Source: Bacteroidales bacterium (GTDB lineage Bacteria; Bacteroidota; Bacteroidia; Bacteroidales; UBA1402). Taken from it: DNA of 64,000 nt. The position numbers and the translations under genes were made by a program. The notes beneath the pieces were generated by a model. It worked only from the letters and a program-made list of their open reading frames with translations, had not been told where the DNA came from and ran no database searches. The stretch spans positions 886 to 64,885 of the forward strand of contig JAFODP010000020.1 of assembly GCA_017380635.1 (NCBI GenBank). The letters are read 5' to 3'. Below, one piece after another: positions 27,983 through 37,233 of the stretch (position 1 is the stretch's first letter; each line of letters opens with the position of its first letter).

Positions 27983-29323
27983 TTAGAAATTGTCACCATA
28001 ACGTTCCTTGGTAATCTGATCCAAAGTCTTGCCTTGGGTTTTGGGTGCCCAAATGGCGCCGACTACCAAAGAAATGAACAGCAGTCCCATCATCAGGTAA
28101 GAAGCCAGCTGGAATCCTTGACCGTTTTCTCCGTAGATGTAAACGAAGCACAATCCCCAAAGAGCACAGATACCGCGAACCAAGAAGAACATAATACCTT
28201 GAGCGGCAGCACGATATTTGGCGGGGAATAATTCAGAAGCCCAAAGAGCGTAGAAAGCTTGTACGGAAACACCGCCTTGAACAGCCCAAAGAATGGTGAA
28301 GATAATCAGACCGGCCATGCTGCTAACACCGATTACGGCCACCATCACCCAAGCGGCGATTGCGATAACCAAACCGGTGATGTAGAGAAGACGGTGAGGC
28401 ACTTTGTCCACAATCAGCGAGAAGAAGAAGGTGGTGATGATAACGATGGCCCAGTTGCCGGCAGAGAACATATTGGCATCGGCATTCGACAAACCACCGG
28501 CAGTTTCGTAAATGTGAGGCTGGAAGAAGCCCATAACAGAAGCTACCATGTTCCAGGTAAGATAGATACCTGCCAAGAAGATAACGGTGCGAACATTAAC
28601 TTTGTTGGTGAACAATGAACCGAAAGAAGAAAATACGCCTTTCTTTTCGGCGCTTTCTTTGGCTTTAGCGGCAGCCCATTCCTGCGATTCGTCCAAACGA
28701 CGTTGCAACAACCAGGCAATCAACGCAACCACAAACAAAGAGAAGAATACGATACGGCTGCTCCATACTTCCAAAGCGGCTCCGGTGGCAGTACCGCCAC
28801 TGATCCAGGTTCCGATTTTTTCGGTGAAACCGAAAGCAATACCTTCGGGAGCGAACAACATACCCAACACCAGGATAACGAAAGGACCAACGCCCCATGC
28901 CATCTGAGAAATGGCGATGTTACGGCCGCGCTTGGTTTGTTCCGAACTTTCAGAAATATAGGTCCATGAAGCGGGAACACCCACACCTACCGAAATACCG
29001 GTGATGAGGAAACCTGCCAACAACATCGGGAAATTGAAACTCAGCATCACCAAAGCAACGCCGGTCATATAGATAAGCATGTTGTAAGAATAGATGGCTT
29101 TACGGCCGTATTTGTCGGCCAAGAATCCGCCGATGATGGCACCGATGGCAGCACCCAAACAGTTGGCGCTGATGGCGTTCAACCAACCCAAATGACCTTC
29201 GGTGAGACCTAAATAATTCTGCCACAGTGTCAAACCACTGGCTCCGGCAACAATGGCACCTGCATCCAGATAATTGGTCAGCGAGACAGCCAAAGTGCTC
29301 TTCAAACTTCCTTTTTTGCTCAT
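27983..29323 (-). CDS. MFS sugar porter-family transporter
   Basis: GGFLADKYGRKAIY and PAKYRAAAQG motifs, with about 12 TM segments. Confidence 0.8.
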   Translation of the reverse strand: MSKKGSLKSTLAVSLTNYLDAGAIVAGASGLTLWQNYLGLTEGHLGWLNAISANCLGAAIGAIIGGFLADKYGRKAIYSYNMLIYMTGVALVMLSFNFPMLLAGFLITGISVGVGVPASWTYISESSEQTKRGRNIAISQMAWGVGPFVILVLGMLFAPEGIAFGFTEKIGTWISGGTATGAALEVWSSRIVFFSLFVVALIAWLLQRRLDESQEWAAAKAKESAEKKGVFSSFGSLFTNKVNVRTVIFLAGIYLTWNMVASVMGFFQPHIYETAGGLSNADANMFSAGNWAIVIITTFFFSLIVDKVPHRLLYITGLVIAIAAWVMVAVIGVSSMAGLIIFTILWAVQGGVSVQAFYALWASELFPAKYRAAAQGIMFFLVRGICALWGLCFVYIYGENGQGFQLASYLMMGLLFISLVVGAIWAPKTQGKTLDQITKERYGDNF

Positions 29324-29458
29324 AATGAATGATTAAATGTTAATATTTCAATAATTATTTTGCTGAATATGTTTTTGAGACTCCGAAACATAGAGTCCAT
29401 AGCTTGCAAAAATAAGCTAATTTTTCGTACCTCTCAAATTCTTTGTTACTTTTGTCGT

Positions 29459-30880
29459 ATGAAACGATTGTTTTTAAGCATTATTTTATCCCTTTCCTTG
29501 GCTTTTGTCGCAGAGGCGCAAAAGATAGCCTTGAAGCGAAGTATTACGCATCCACAACCCATGACCGGCCTGGCCGTCTGGCCCTATAAGGCAGCCGAGA
29601 TTCATGGCAGTTATGGCGATTGTATTCAATTGGAATTCAATTATTTCCTTCCTTGCAGATTGGTGAAAGGCTGTCAAGAAGATGGTACTATCATTTACGA
29701 TTGGACTTATTTCGATAGCGCTCTCAGCGATGTGGCAAGTCGCGGGCATCAGTTGGTGGCGCGTTTTCGTTATGAATATCCGAATAGCGATGATGTCGAT
29801 GGAAAAGTCGGAAGCACGGCTGTGCCGGCGTATATCAAGCAATTGCCTGGTTATCAGGAAACTTGGTCGGATGAAAACCAAACATATTATGCCGATTGGC
29901 GTTGCGCGGAATTAGAACGCTTCACTTTGCAGTTTTACAGCGATTTTATGCAACGATATGCGCGCGATCCTCGTTTGGCTTTTTTGGAAGTTGGCTTTGG
30001 CCATTGGTCTGAATATCATATATATCCAACGAAGGTTGAGTATGGAAAAAATTTCCCTTCCTTGGCTTTTCAAAAGACATTTCTGCTTCATCTGAGTCGG
30101 ATGGCCGATGCTTTGCCTTGGCTGGTTTCTAAAAATGCGGCAGATAATTCGCCTATTGTTGATGATAATGAACTGCTTGCTCTCACTTTCGGACTCTTTG
30201 AGGATTCTTTTATGGGCGATTATTTTCTGAAAGGAGGTTATGCCAAGGCCTGGCGCAATTTGGGTGGACAAACGCGTTGGCATACAGGCGTGTATGGAGG
30301 CGAAATCTATCCTCCTGTAAAAGAATCTTTTTTGCGTCCTGGCGGTTTGAACGGGCATACCATCGATGAGATGCTTTTCAATTATCATATTACTTTTATG
30401 AATGCCAATGCGGCTCCCGACAGCCAATATGGAACGCCGGAACGTCTTAAGCAACTATCTATGTTCATGGGTTATCATTTTGTGGTTAAGGATGCTTTCA
30501 TGGAAAACGGAAAGACGAAGCTTCTTGTTGGAAATGAAGGAATTGCGCCCATCTATCGTGATGCCTATTTTGCTATTGGTGACGTTCGTTCGGAAACTTC
30601 GCTCAAGGCTTTGCTGCCCGGTGCTGAAATTTGGGTAGAAATTGCTGCGGTACCGGCCATGGATGCTTTGGAAATCAAGATTGTATGCGATTATATTCTT
30701 CCGTCGCAAGAAATTGAATTCGAGGCTGATATAGACGATGTCACGGCATTGGAAACTCCCTGCTTCGATGCGGCAGTAGATTCGAAGCATGAGCCTTGTT
30801 ATAATCTTGCAGGACAAGTACTTTCAGCGCCTGTCAAAGGTGTTAACATTGTAGGCGGTCAGAAGATTTTGCTGAAGTAA
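29459..30880 (+). CDS. secreted hypothetical protein, possibly a TIM-barrel glycosidase-like (DUF4832-like), with T9SS C-terminal domain
   Basis: Start set at MKRLFLSIILSLSLAFVAEAQ (signal peptide). The C-terminus CYNLAGQVLSAPVKGVNIVGGQKILLK is a T9SS CTD. Confidence 0.4.
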   Translation: MKRLFLSIILSLSLAFVAEAQKIALKRSITHPQPMTGLAVWPYKAAEIHGSYGDCIQLEFNYFLPCRLVKGCQEDGTIIYDWTYFDSALSDVASRGHQLVARFRYEYPNSDDVDGKVGSTAVPAYIKQLPGYQETWSDENQTYYADWRCAELERFTLQFYSDFMQRYARDPRLAFLEVGFGHWSEYHIYPTKVEYGKNFPSLAFQKTFLLHLSRMADALPWLVSKNAADNSPIVDDNELLALTFGLFEDSFMGDYFLKGGYAKAWRNLGGQTRWHTGVYGGEIYPPVKESFLRPGGLNGHTIDEMLFNYHITFMNANAAPDSQYGTPERLKQLSMFMGYHFVVKDAFMENGKTKLLVGNEGIAPIYRDAYFAIGDVRSETSLKALLPGAEIWVEIAAVPAMDALEIKIVCDYILPSQEIEFEADIDDVTALETPCFDAAVDSKHEPCYNLAGQVLSAPVKGVNIVGGQKILLK

Positions 30881-30913
30881 TGGCGCCGCCTATTGCCGGC
30901 CTAAGACCTAAAC

Positions 30914-32389
30914 TTACAGACTTTGCGCCAAACGGGTTTTCATGCTTTCGGCCAAAAATTGAACCTTGGGCCCTACCACGATTTGCAGCGAATTTTCTCC
31001 GCTGACGATAATGCCGTTCACTTTTGTGGCTTTGATGCTTGCTTGGTCAACTATCTGTAAATCGTTCAGTTCAATGCGCAGTCGTGTGGTGCAATGGTCG
31101 AGTTGTCGGATGTTGGCTTTGCCACCCAGCGCTTGCAGAATGATGTCGGCTTGCGTGTCGAGGTTTGAAGTCTTTGCAGTTTCTTCCGCTTTGTGGGATG
31201 GCGATTCGGCTTTGTGAGAAGCTTCATCTATGTCGCGTCCGGGTGTCTTCAGGCGGAAGACTTTGATACACAAACGGAAAAGCAGATAATAAACGACAGC
31301 CATGCCTAAGCCGATGAGCCAAATGCCCCAAGGATGCAGCGTCATGGGCGATTTCAGACAGAGCAGAAAATCCACCAGTCCGGCGCTGAAATTGAAGCCG
31401 ACACGAATGGGCAGCAGGGCCACCACGAATGCGCCGAGTCCGCTCAGCAGTGCGTGCAACAAATAAAGCAAGGGCGCTGTAAACATGAAACTGAATTCGA
31501 GTGGTTCGGTAACTCCGGTGAAAAAGGAACTGATGGCGCCGGCCAGCATAAGGGCTCCGATTTTTTTCTTCTGCGAAGGCAAGGCGCTGTGATAAATGGC
31601 CAATGCGGCCGCCGGCAAGGCGAACATCATCATGGGGAAAAATCCCGACATGTACATGCCCGTCTGGCCGAGTGTGCCTTGTCCGCTCCAAAAATCACCC
31701 AAATCGTTGATGCCGGCCAAATCGAACCAAAATACTTGATTCAAAGCATGATGCAGACCGAAAGGAATCAACAGTCGATTGAGGAAAACATAGATGCCTG
31801 CGCCTAGGGCACCCGTCGAAGTGATGGATTTTCCCAAGGCAATCAAGCTATTGTAGAGCAAGGGCCACACAAACAGCAATACCAATGCGACCAGGCTGCT
31901 GATGCCGGCCGAAACAATGGCAACCGATCGTTTTCCGCTGAAAAAGGCCAAGGCCTCGGGTAAATCGGTGTTTTTGAAGCGATTGTACGACCAGGCTCCG
32001 ATGAGTCCGCTGATGATGGCAATAAATACATTTTCGCTCTTGGCAAAGGCGTCAAGGCTGATGCCGGGACGTAAACTTGCTACGCTTTCTGGCGATAATA
32101 AAGCGGTGATAACCAGCCAACTGATAAGCCCGGATAAGGCAGATACACCATGTTGGTCGTCAGACATGCCAACGGCAATACCAATAGCAAAAAGCAGCGG
32201 AATGTGGTTGATGATGGCTTGGCCGGCCTGCAGCAGAAAATTTGCTACCACGGCGATGTTGTCCCAAGCGGCGAGCCAATAACCGATGCCGATAAGTATG
32301 CCGGCTACGGGCAGACAAGCCACGGGCAGCATCAGCGATTTGCCCAGACTTTGCAGAAATGCCGATACGGAGTGTTTGTTGTTTGCCAT
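30914..32389 (-). CDS. PTS EIICB component, glucose/N-acetylglucosamine family
   Basis: Collinear with E. coli NagE/PtsG (GVTEPLEFSFMFTAPLLYLLHALL, KTPGR). EIIB motif HCTTRLRIEL. Confidence 0.85.
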   Translation of the reverse strand: MANNKHSVSAFLQSLGKSLMLPVACLPVAGILIGIGYWLAAWDNIAVVANFLLQAGQAIINHIPLLFAIGIAVGMSDDQHGVSALSGLISWLVITALLSPESVASLRPGISLDAFAKSENVFIAIISGLIGAWSYNRFKNTDLPEALAFFSGKRSVAIVSAGISSLVALVLLFVWPLLYNSLIALGKSITSTGALGAGIYVFLNRLLIPFGLHHALNQVFWFDLAGINDLGDFWSGQGTLGQTGMYMSGFFPMMMFALPAAALAIYHSALPSQKKKIGALMLAGAISSFFTGVTEPLEFSFMFTAPLLYLLHALLSGLGAFVVALLPIRVGFNFSAGLVDFLLCLKSPMTLHPWGIWLIGLGMAVVYYLLFRLCIKVFRLKTPGRDIDEASHKAESPSHKAEETAKTSNLDTQADIILQALGGKANIRQLDHCTTRLRIELNDLQIVDQASIKATKVNGIIVSGENSLQIVVGPKVQFLAESMKTRLAQSL

Positions 32390-32393
32390 GCTG

Positions 32394-32642
32394 TCAAATC
32401 AAAACTCTGGTCAAGGCCTGTGCGGCGGCTATTTCGTCTTCTCCTTCAATGTCAATTCTGATGGCATCGCCTTGCTGCAGGCCGAGTGTCATGATGGCCA
32501 GCATACGTTTGGCATTGATGCATTTGTCTTGAAAGTACAGATTGACAGTAGATTGATAGGCCGATGCGGTTTTGGCCAGCACGCCCGCAGGGCGGGCGTG
32601 CATCCCTTCCGCTGCTTGAATACAGTGATTTATCGTTTGCAT
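32394..32642 (-). CDS. ptsH: phosphocarrier protein HPr
   Basis: MQTINHCIQAAEGMHARPAGVLAK has the His15 context G.H.RPA. 82 aa. Start chosen at the internal Met of the 162-aa track ORF. Confidence 0.8.
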   Translation of the reverse strand: MQTINHCIQAAEGMHARPAGVLAKTASAYQSTVNLYFQDKCINAKRMLAIMTLGLQQGDAIRIDIEGEDEIAAAQALTRVLI

Positions 32643-34249
32643 AAAGCTAAAGTTTCTTTCATTAAAGGAATAAAGGCCGGGCTTACCGAAAATTGTCGAT
32701 AACCCATGTCTACCAAGATTTGTGTGGCCGAACTTACGCGGGCCAATTCGCCGCAGATGCAAAGTCCGATGCCAGCATCCGTGGCCGCTTGGGCCGTCAT
32801 TTTCAACAATTTCATTACCGCGGGATGCTGTGCGTTGTAATAAGATTCCATCTGGCGGTTGTCTCTGTCTACGGCTAAACAATATTGTGTCAGGTCGTTG
32901 CTGCCCACGCTGAAGAAATCGGCTTCGCGAGCCAATTCGTCGGCAATGAGAACGGCGGCCGGTGTTTCAATCATCACGCCTAAAGCAATGTTTTCATCGA
33001 AAGGAATATCTTCGCCTCGCAATGACTTTTTTACTTCCTCGAGGATGGCCTTGCTGCGCAAAAGTTCGTCTACTTGACAAATCATCGGCAGCAAAAGGGC
33101 GATTTTTCCATAAGCCGATGCGCGTAAAATAGCTCTCAATTGCTTGACAAACAAATCTTTTTTTTCGAAACAAAGGCGAATGCCACGACAACCTAAAGCT
33201 GGATTTTCTTCGGGCGGCAAGTGTAAGAAAGCCGCCTGTTTATCGGCTCCGATATCAATGGTTCTGATAACCAAAGTTTTGCCTTTCAGGGCTTCTGCGG
33301 CGTAACGATAATCTTCGAAAAGACTCTCTTCGTCCGGTTCCTGACTTTTGCCGATAAATTGGAATTCGCTGCGGAAAACGCCCACGCCGTCGCAAGCGGC
33401 AATCACTTCTGAGGTTAATTCTTTGGGATGTCCGATGTTGAGACAAAGTTTGAAGCCCTCGGCGGTGGCCATTTGTGTATCTTGTTTTTGCGGTAGGGTA
33501 CTGGCAAACGGCTCCGTAAATTGATAGTTACGACGCAATGATTCGGCGGTTTCGGGCGAAATGTCTATCCAAAGTTTGGTCTGCGCGCTATCCATGCCGG
33601 CCACTTGTCCTGTCCAATAATCTTGCAAATCCATGTCGGGGCAGAGCAGGAAAGGCAACTTTCGTCCGGCAGCCAACACGGCCAAATGAGAATGCGCCGA
33701 GCTTTCTTTCAGCACGATGCCAAGCACTTTCCGGCTATCCATTTCGGCTAATTCTCCAGGTAAAAGTCTTTCTGCCAATACGATACATTGCGCTGGCATG
33801 CTGTCGAATATCAACTGTCGATCTTGAAGAAAACGAATCACCAAAGAAGCAATGTCGCGCATGTCGGCCGCTTTGCTTTTCATGATGTCGCTATCCATTT
33901 GCAGGAATATCTGCGCAAAACTTTCGGCCGTTTCCATCACGGCGCTTACCGCACTGCGATGATCTTCTGTGATAAGCGTTTGTATCTGTTCGGAAAAATC
34001 TTCGTCTTCGAGCATCATCTGTTGCGCTTCGAAAATGGCCGCTTGTTCTTCGCTGTTGCTTTGCAAAGCTTTGGTATAACGTTCCTGCAAAGCCTTGGCG
34101 GCTTTTTCCGAGGCCGATCGATAACGCTCGCATTCCTGTTGCGTGTCTGCTACCACGGTCTGACAATCTTCCCATTGCGGTGGACGATAGACAAATATCG
34201 GCGCGATGGCAGCCCCTTCAACCAAACATTTTCCTGAATATACTCTCAT
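32630..34249 (-). CDS. ptsI: phosphoenolpyruvate-protein phosphotransferase (PTS Enzyme I)
   Basis: FFSVGSNDLTQYCLAVDRDN and CGELA motifs, with a phospho-His region SSAHSHLAVLA. Overlaps the HPr start by 13 nt. Confidence 0.85.
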   Translation of the reverse strand: MRVYSGKCLVEGAAIAPIFVYRPPQWEDCQTVVADTQQECERYRSASEKAAKALQERYTKALQSNSEEQAAIFEAQQMMLEDEDFSEQIQTLITEDHRSAVSAVMETAESFAQIFLQMDSDIMKSKAADMRDIASLVIRFLQDRQLIFDSMPAQCIVLAERLLPGELAEMDSRKVLGIVLKESSAHSHLAVLAAGRKLPFLLCPDMDLQDYWTGQVAGMDSAQTKLWIDISPETAESLRRNYQFTEPFASTLPQKQDTQMATAEGFKLCLNIGHPKELTSEVIAACDGVGVFRSEFQFIGKSQEPDEESLFEDYRYAAEALKGKTLVIRTIDIGADKQAAFLHLPPEENPALGCRGIRLCFEKKDLFVKQLRAILRASAYGKIALLLPMICQVDELLRSKAILEEVKKSLRGEDIPFDENIALGVMIETPAAVLIADELAREADFFSVGSNDLTQYCLAVDRDNRQMESYYNAQHPAVMKLLKMTAQAATDAGIGLCICGELARVSSATQILVDMGYRQFSVSPAFIPLMKETLALCKR

Positions 34250-34267
34250 GCGAAAAAGGCGGAGGCT

Positions 34268-34738
34268 TTATTTCTTGATGCTGATAATCTTGTCTGACAA
34301 ATCGACGCTTCCTTTGGTAATCATTTCGAAATCGGAGAAGTCGTCGCTATTGCAGATGACGATGGGAACGGTGGTGTCGTAACCGGCACGGTGGATGCCC
34401 AGCAAGTCGAAACCAATGAGAGGAGTGCCCGTTTTTACATGATCGCCTTGTTTTACCAAAGGCTTGAATCCCAATCCTTTCAGCTTGCAGGTATCGATGC
34501 CGATATGAATGAGCACTTCCAAACCTTCGTCGCTGGTAATGCAGATGGCATGTCCGGTTTCCTGTAAAACGGATACCACACCGTCGCAGGGAGAATGCAC
34601 CAATCCGTGGGTGGGAATGATGGCCATGCCTTTGCCGAGCATTTCCTGGCTGAAAGCTTCATCGTTTACGTCGCTCAGCGCGATAGCGTCGCCTTCGAGC
34701 GGCGCGTACAAATGTATCTTCTTCTTGAAAAGTTCCAT
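34268..34738 (-). CDS. PTS EIIA component, glucose family
   Basis: GHAICITSDEGLEVLIHIGIDTCKLKG matches the EIIA-Glc H..G.....G.E.LIH.GIDTV.L.G with both His residues. Confidence 0.85.
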   Translation of the reverse strand: MELFKKKIHLYAPLEGDAIALSDVNDEAFSQEMLGKGMAIIPTHGLVHSPCDGVVSVLQETGHAICITSDEGLEVLIHIGIDTCKLKGLGFKPLVKQGDHVKTGTPLIGFDLLGIHRAGYDTTVPIVICNSDDFSDFEMITKGSVDLSDKIISIKK

Positions 34739-34748
34739 AACTTCTTTA

Positions 34749-36635
34749 TTATAAAGGCATTATTTTAATGTGTTGCCAATGTTCCTGTATGCCGGCTTTG
34801 GCTTTGATGCTGTCGTCCACTTGCGGACCATTGTTTTCCCAATGATTTAAACCTGGTTGATTCTGTCCGAATTTGGCTTCGCTACACCAGTTGTCACGGA
34901 TAGTCATCCAAGAAGAAGCTTCGTCCAGATAGATATAATGACCTTGGGTTTTATCGTGAACATAATCGGGATGATAAATATCGTGTACGTAATTTTCGGC
35001 AATCAGCGTGCCGGTTTGGGCAGAAAGCGTGTACAATCCGCCGCAGCTGTAATTGTGTCGTCCGAAATGATGTACGTCGTTGGCAATCATTTGGTTGTCT
35101 TTCATGCAATTGGCGCTGCGTATCCATCCCCAGCCGATGCTGATGCCGCTGTAAGGTAGTTCGCATACTTCGTTGTGAGCCACGCAGACATTCTGTACAT
35201 ATCCGGCGATAATGCCCACGCAACCCCAATATTCGTTGGCGCAATCGTACACCCAGTTGTTGCGGATTTGCATTTGACGGCTCAGTTCTCTTTCGTCTTT
35301 GGGTTGATAGGGGAGATGCGTTTCGAAACCGGGATCGGAAAATTTACCCACCACGATGCCGCTACCGGCGATGTCGTTGAAAATGCAGCCTTCGATGCGG
35401 TCGTTGCAGCTGGCCATGACGTAATCCAGACCCGAAGCGCCCAAGTGCTGAAAACGGCATCTTTCGAAGGAAGTATGGGCTACGCCCGACAATTGCACCG
35501 CTGCCGGCTGACGACCTATCCAAGCTTGGTTTTCCAAATTGGCTTTTAAGGGCGTTCCGTCGATGGGAAGTTTGTAAGCGTCAAGCAGATACATGCCGGC
35601 CTGAAGCGGCACATAGCCCAGTTCGGAGGGACGCATCCAAGTGCTGTGCATAAATCCGATGCCTTCAAAATGAATATGTTCCACCGGACGGTCGAGGCTG
35701 CCGAATACTTGAATCAGCGTTTCTAAATAAGGAACCATCACTTCGGCTTTGGTCAAATCTTCTCCCTGACGAGGCATATAGTATAAACGGCAGATTTCCT
35801 GGTCGTAATACCATTCGCCTTCGTGGTCGAGAAATTCGATGGCGCCACTCAGGCGGAAGGGCGAATTGCCACTTTCGGCGATAACGGCCGGTGGCCAAGG
35901 ATGTTCGAATTCCAGTCGGCTGGCCGGTTGATGAAAACGCAGCACGGCTTCTTTGCCTTCTATTTTGATGCTTTCGATGCCGAGTATGGCTACTTCCCAC
36001 ATTTGATGAATGAAAAATTCCATGCCTTCCACTTTCTGAAATTTCTTGACGGCTGGAGCGGGAATGCGGATTTCTTGTTTTTCCTTATCGACGGCCAAAA
36101 TTTTATGTAAAGCGTCGGGGTTTTCTACATCGCAGGCTTTCAGGGCTTTGTTTCCGTTGATATAGACTTGTCTGAAATCGATGTCACGACCTGACACTTT
36201 GGGAACATCGGCATACCACACTTTTGAGGCAGGCACGCGCAGGCCTTTGGGCGATTTTTTCAGTACTTGCCAATTTTCGATGCGGATGCCGCCACTCAAC
36301 ACGGGACGCGCATTTTCGGCTGCACGGATGATGGTGGGGCAATCTTCGCTGCCGGAATCTTCCGGACGAATCAGCAAACTTTCGTGCAAAGGATACACAC
36401 CATCTTCCATGATGATTTCCAAGGCATTGCCTTGCACCTTGTTCAATCGGCGATATTCGCGGGCTTCGCGCAATGCGGCGTGAAGACTTTGTTTGGGTGC
36501 GTCGATGCTGCCGTTGTTCTTGTCATTTCCGTCCGGACTGACCCATATTTGGCTGTTCGTGTTGTCGGCTTGCATGACAAGGCCGGCGGGCAAGAACAAG
36601 CTGAAAATGAGTAGCAATACATTAATTCTCTTCAT
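34749..36635 (-). CDS. secreted right-handed parallel beta-helix (pectin-lyase-fold) protein
   Basis: Signal peptide MKRINVLLLIFSLFLPAGLVMQA. Repetitive beta-helix-type segments (NNWVYDCANEYWGCVGIIAGYVQNVCVAHNEVCELPYSGISIGWGW). Confidence 0.55.
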   Translation of the reverse strand: MKRINVLLLIFSLFLPAGLVMQADNTNSQIWVSPDGNDKNNGSIDAPKQSLHAALREAREYRRLNKVQGNALEIIMEDGVYPLHESLLIRPEDSGSEDCPTIIRAAENARPVLSGGIRIENWQVLKKSPKGLRVPASKVWYADVPKVSGRDIDFRQVYINGNKALKACDVENPDALHKILAVDKEKQEIRIPAPAVKKFQKVEGMEFFIHQMWEVAILGIESIKIEGKEAVLRFHQPASRLEFEHPWPPAVIAESGNSPFRLSGAIEFLDHEGEWYYDQEICRLYYMPRQGEDLTKAEVMVPYLETLIQVFGSLDRPVEHIHFEGIGFMHSTWMRPSELGYVPLQAGMYLLDAYKLPIDGTPLKANLENQAWIGRQPAAVQLSGVAHTSFERCRFQHLGASGLDYVMASCNDRIEGCIFNDIAGSGIVVGKFSDPGFETHLPYQPKDERELSRQMQIRNNWVYDCANEYWGCVGIIAGYVQNVCVAHNEVCELPYSGISIGWGWIRSANCMKDNQMIANDVHHFGRHNYSCGGLYTLSAQTGTLIAENYVHDIYHPDYVHDKTQGHYIYLDEASSWMTIRDNWCSEAKFGQNQPGLNHWENNGPQVDDSIKAKAGIQEHWQHIKIMPL

Positions 36636-37050
36636 TGTTATCCTGAGGTTTTAAAAGCTGTATACAATAAAATAAATAGGCGAAAAGTGCTCCGACGATA
36701 TCGGCTACCAGATCCATTTCGTCCAGGCCGCGATAAGCCGTGAGTCCTTGCAAATATTCGATAACCGCGCCTAATGTACAAGAAATCAAAAGGCTAAACC
36801 AGAAAAGTTTTTTGGCATCCTTCTTGTTCCCTTTCCATTGACGATGGTTGTATTCCCAAAGAAAAAGACCGATCAACACAAAATACAGCACGAAATGCGC
36901 CACTTTGTCGATGCCGAACATGGGTGGCAAATCTTCCATCATCGGGCTGGGATCGATCAGACATGCCAAGAATATAAGGCCCGTCCAAATGAGTGTGAAA
37001 CTGAAACGCGGCCAGGCGCGAAGGCTATCTTGTAAATTTCTTTTCTTCAT
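36622..37050 (-). CDS. VanZ-family membrane protein
   Basis: 142 aa with 4 TM segments and the VanZ-type DKVAHFVLYFVL motif. Confidence 0.65.
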   Translation of the reverse strand: MKKRNLQDSLRAWPRFSFTLIWTGLIFLACLIDPSPMMEDLPPMFGIDKVAHFVLYFVLIGLFLWEYNHRQWKGNKKDAKKLFWFSLLISCTLGAVIEYLQGLTAYRGLDEMDLVADIVGALFAYLFYCIQLLKPQDNNEEN

Positions 37051-37075
37051 TGTGATTGTTCAGAAGCTAAAAATA

Positions 37076-37083
37076 CAAAGATA
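37076..37083 (-). promoter_or_regulatory. -7 promoter box TAtcTTTG for the VanZ / beta-helix / PTS transcription unit
   Basis: The reverse complement of caaagata is TATCTTTG, 26 nt upstream of the ATG at 37050. Confidence 0.45.
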
Positions 37084-37199
37084 ATTAAAATCTCCGATTT
37101 TCTGTGCTTGGATGTGTGAGATTATTCCATTTCGGTGGATAATTATGTCGTATCTCATTTCCGCTCTTCCTTGATGGCGGTTTTTATGCTGTAATGTTG

Positions 37200-37207
37200 T
37201 AGCTTTG
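37200..37207 (+). promoter_or_regulatory. -7 promoter box TAgcTTTG
   Basis: TAGCTTTG lies 27 nt upstream of the ATG at 37234 and is divergent from the box at 37076-37083. Confidence 0.45.
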
Positions 37208-37233
37208 TGCATCACTTTTTTATCGTTTATTGT

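Noticed and set aside
32394-32882. 162-aa version of the HPr ORF
   Set aside because: The first 80 codons overlap the 3' end of ptsI in another frame and show no HPr similarity. The Met at 32642 gives a standard 82-aa HPr.
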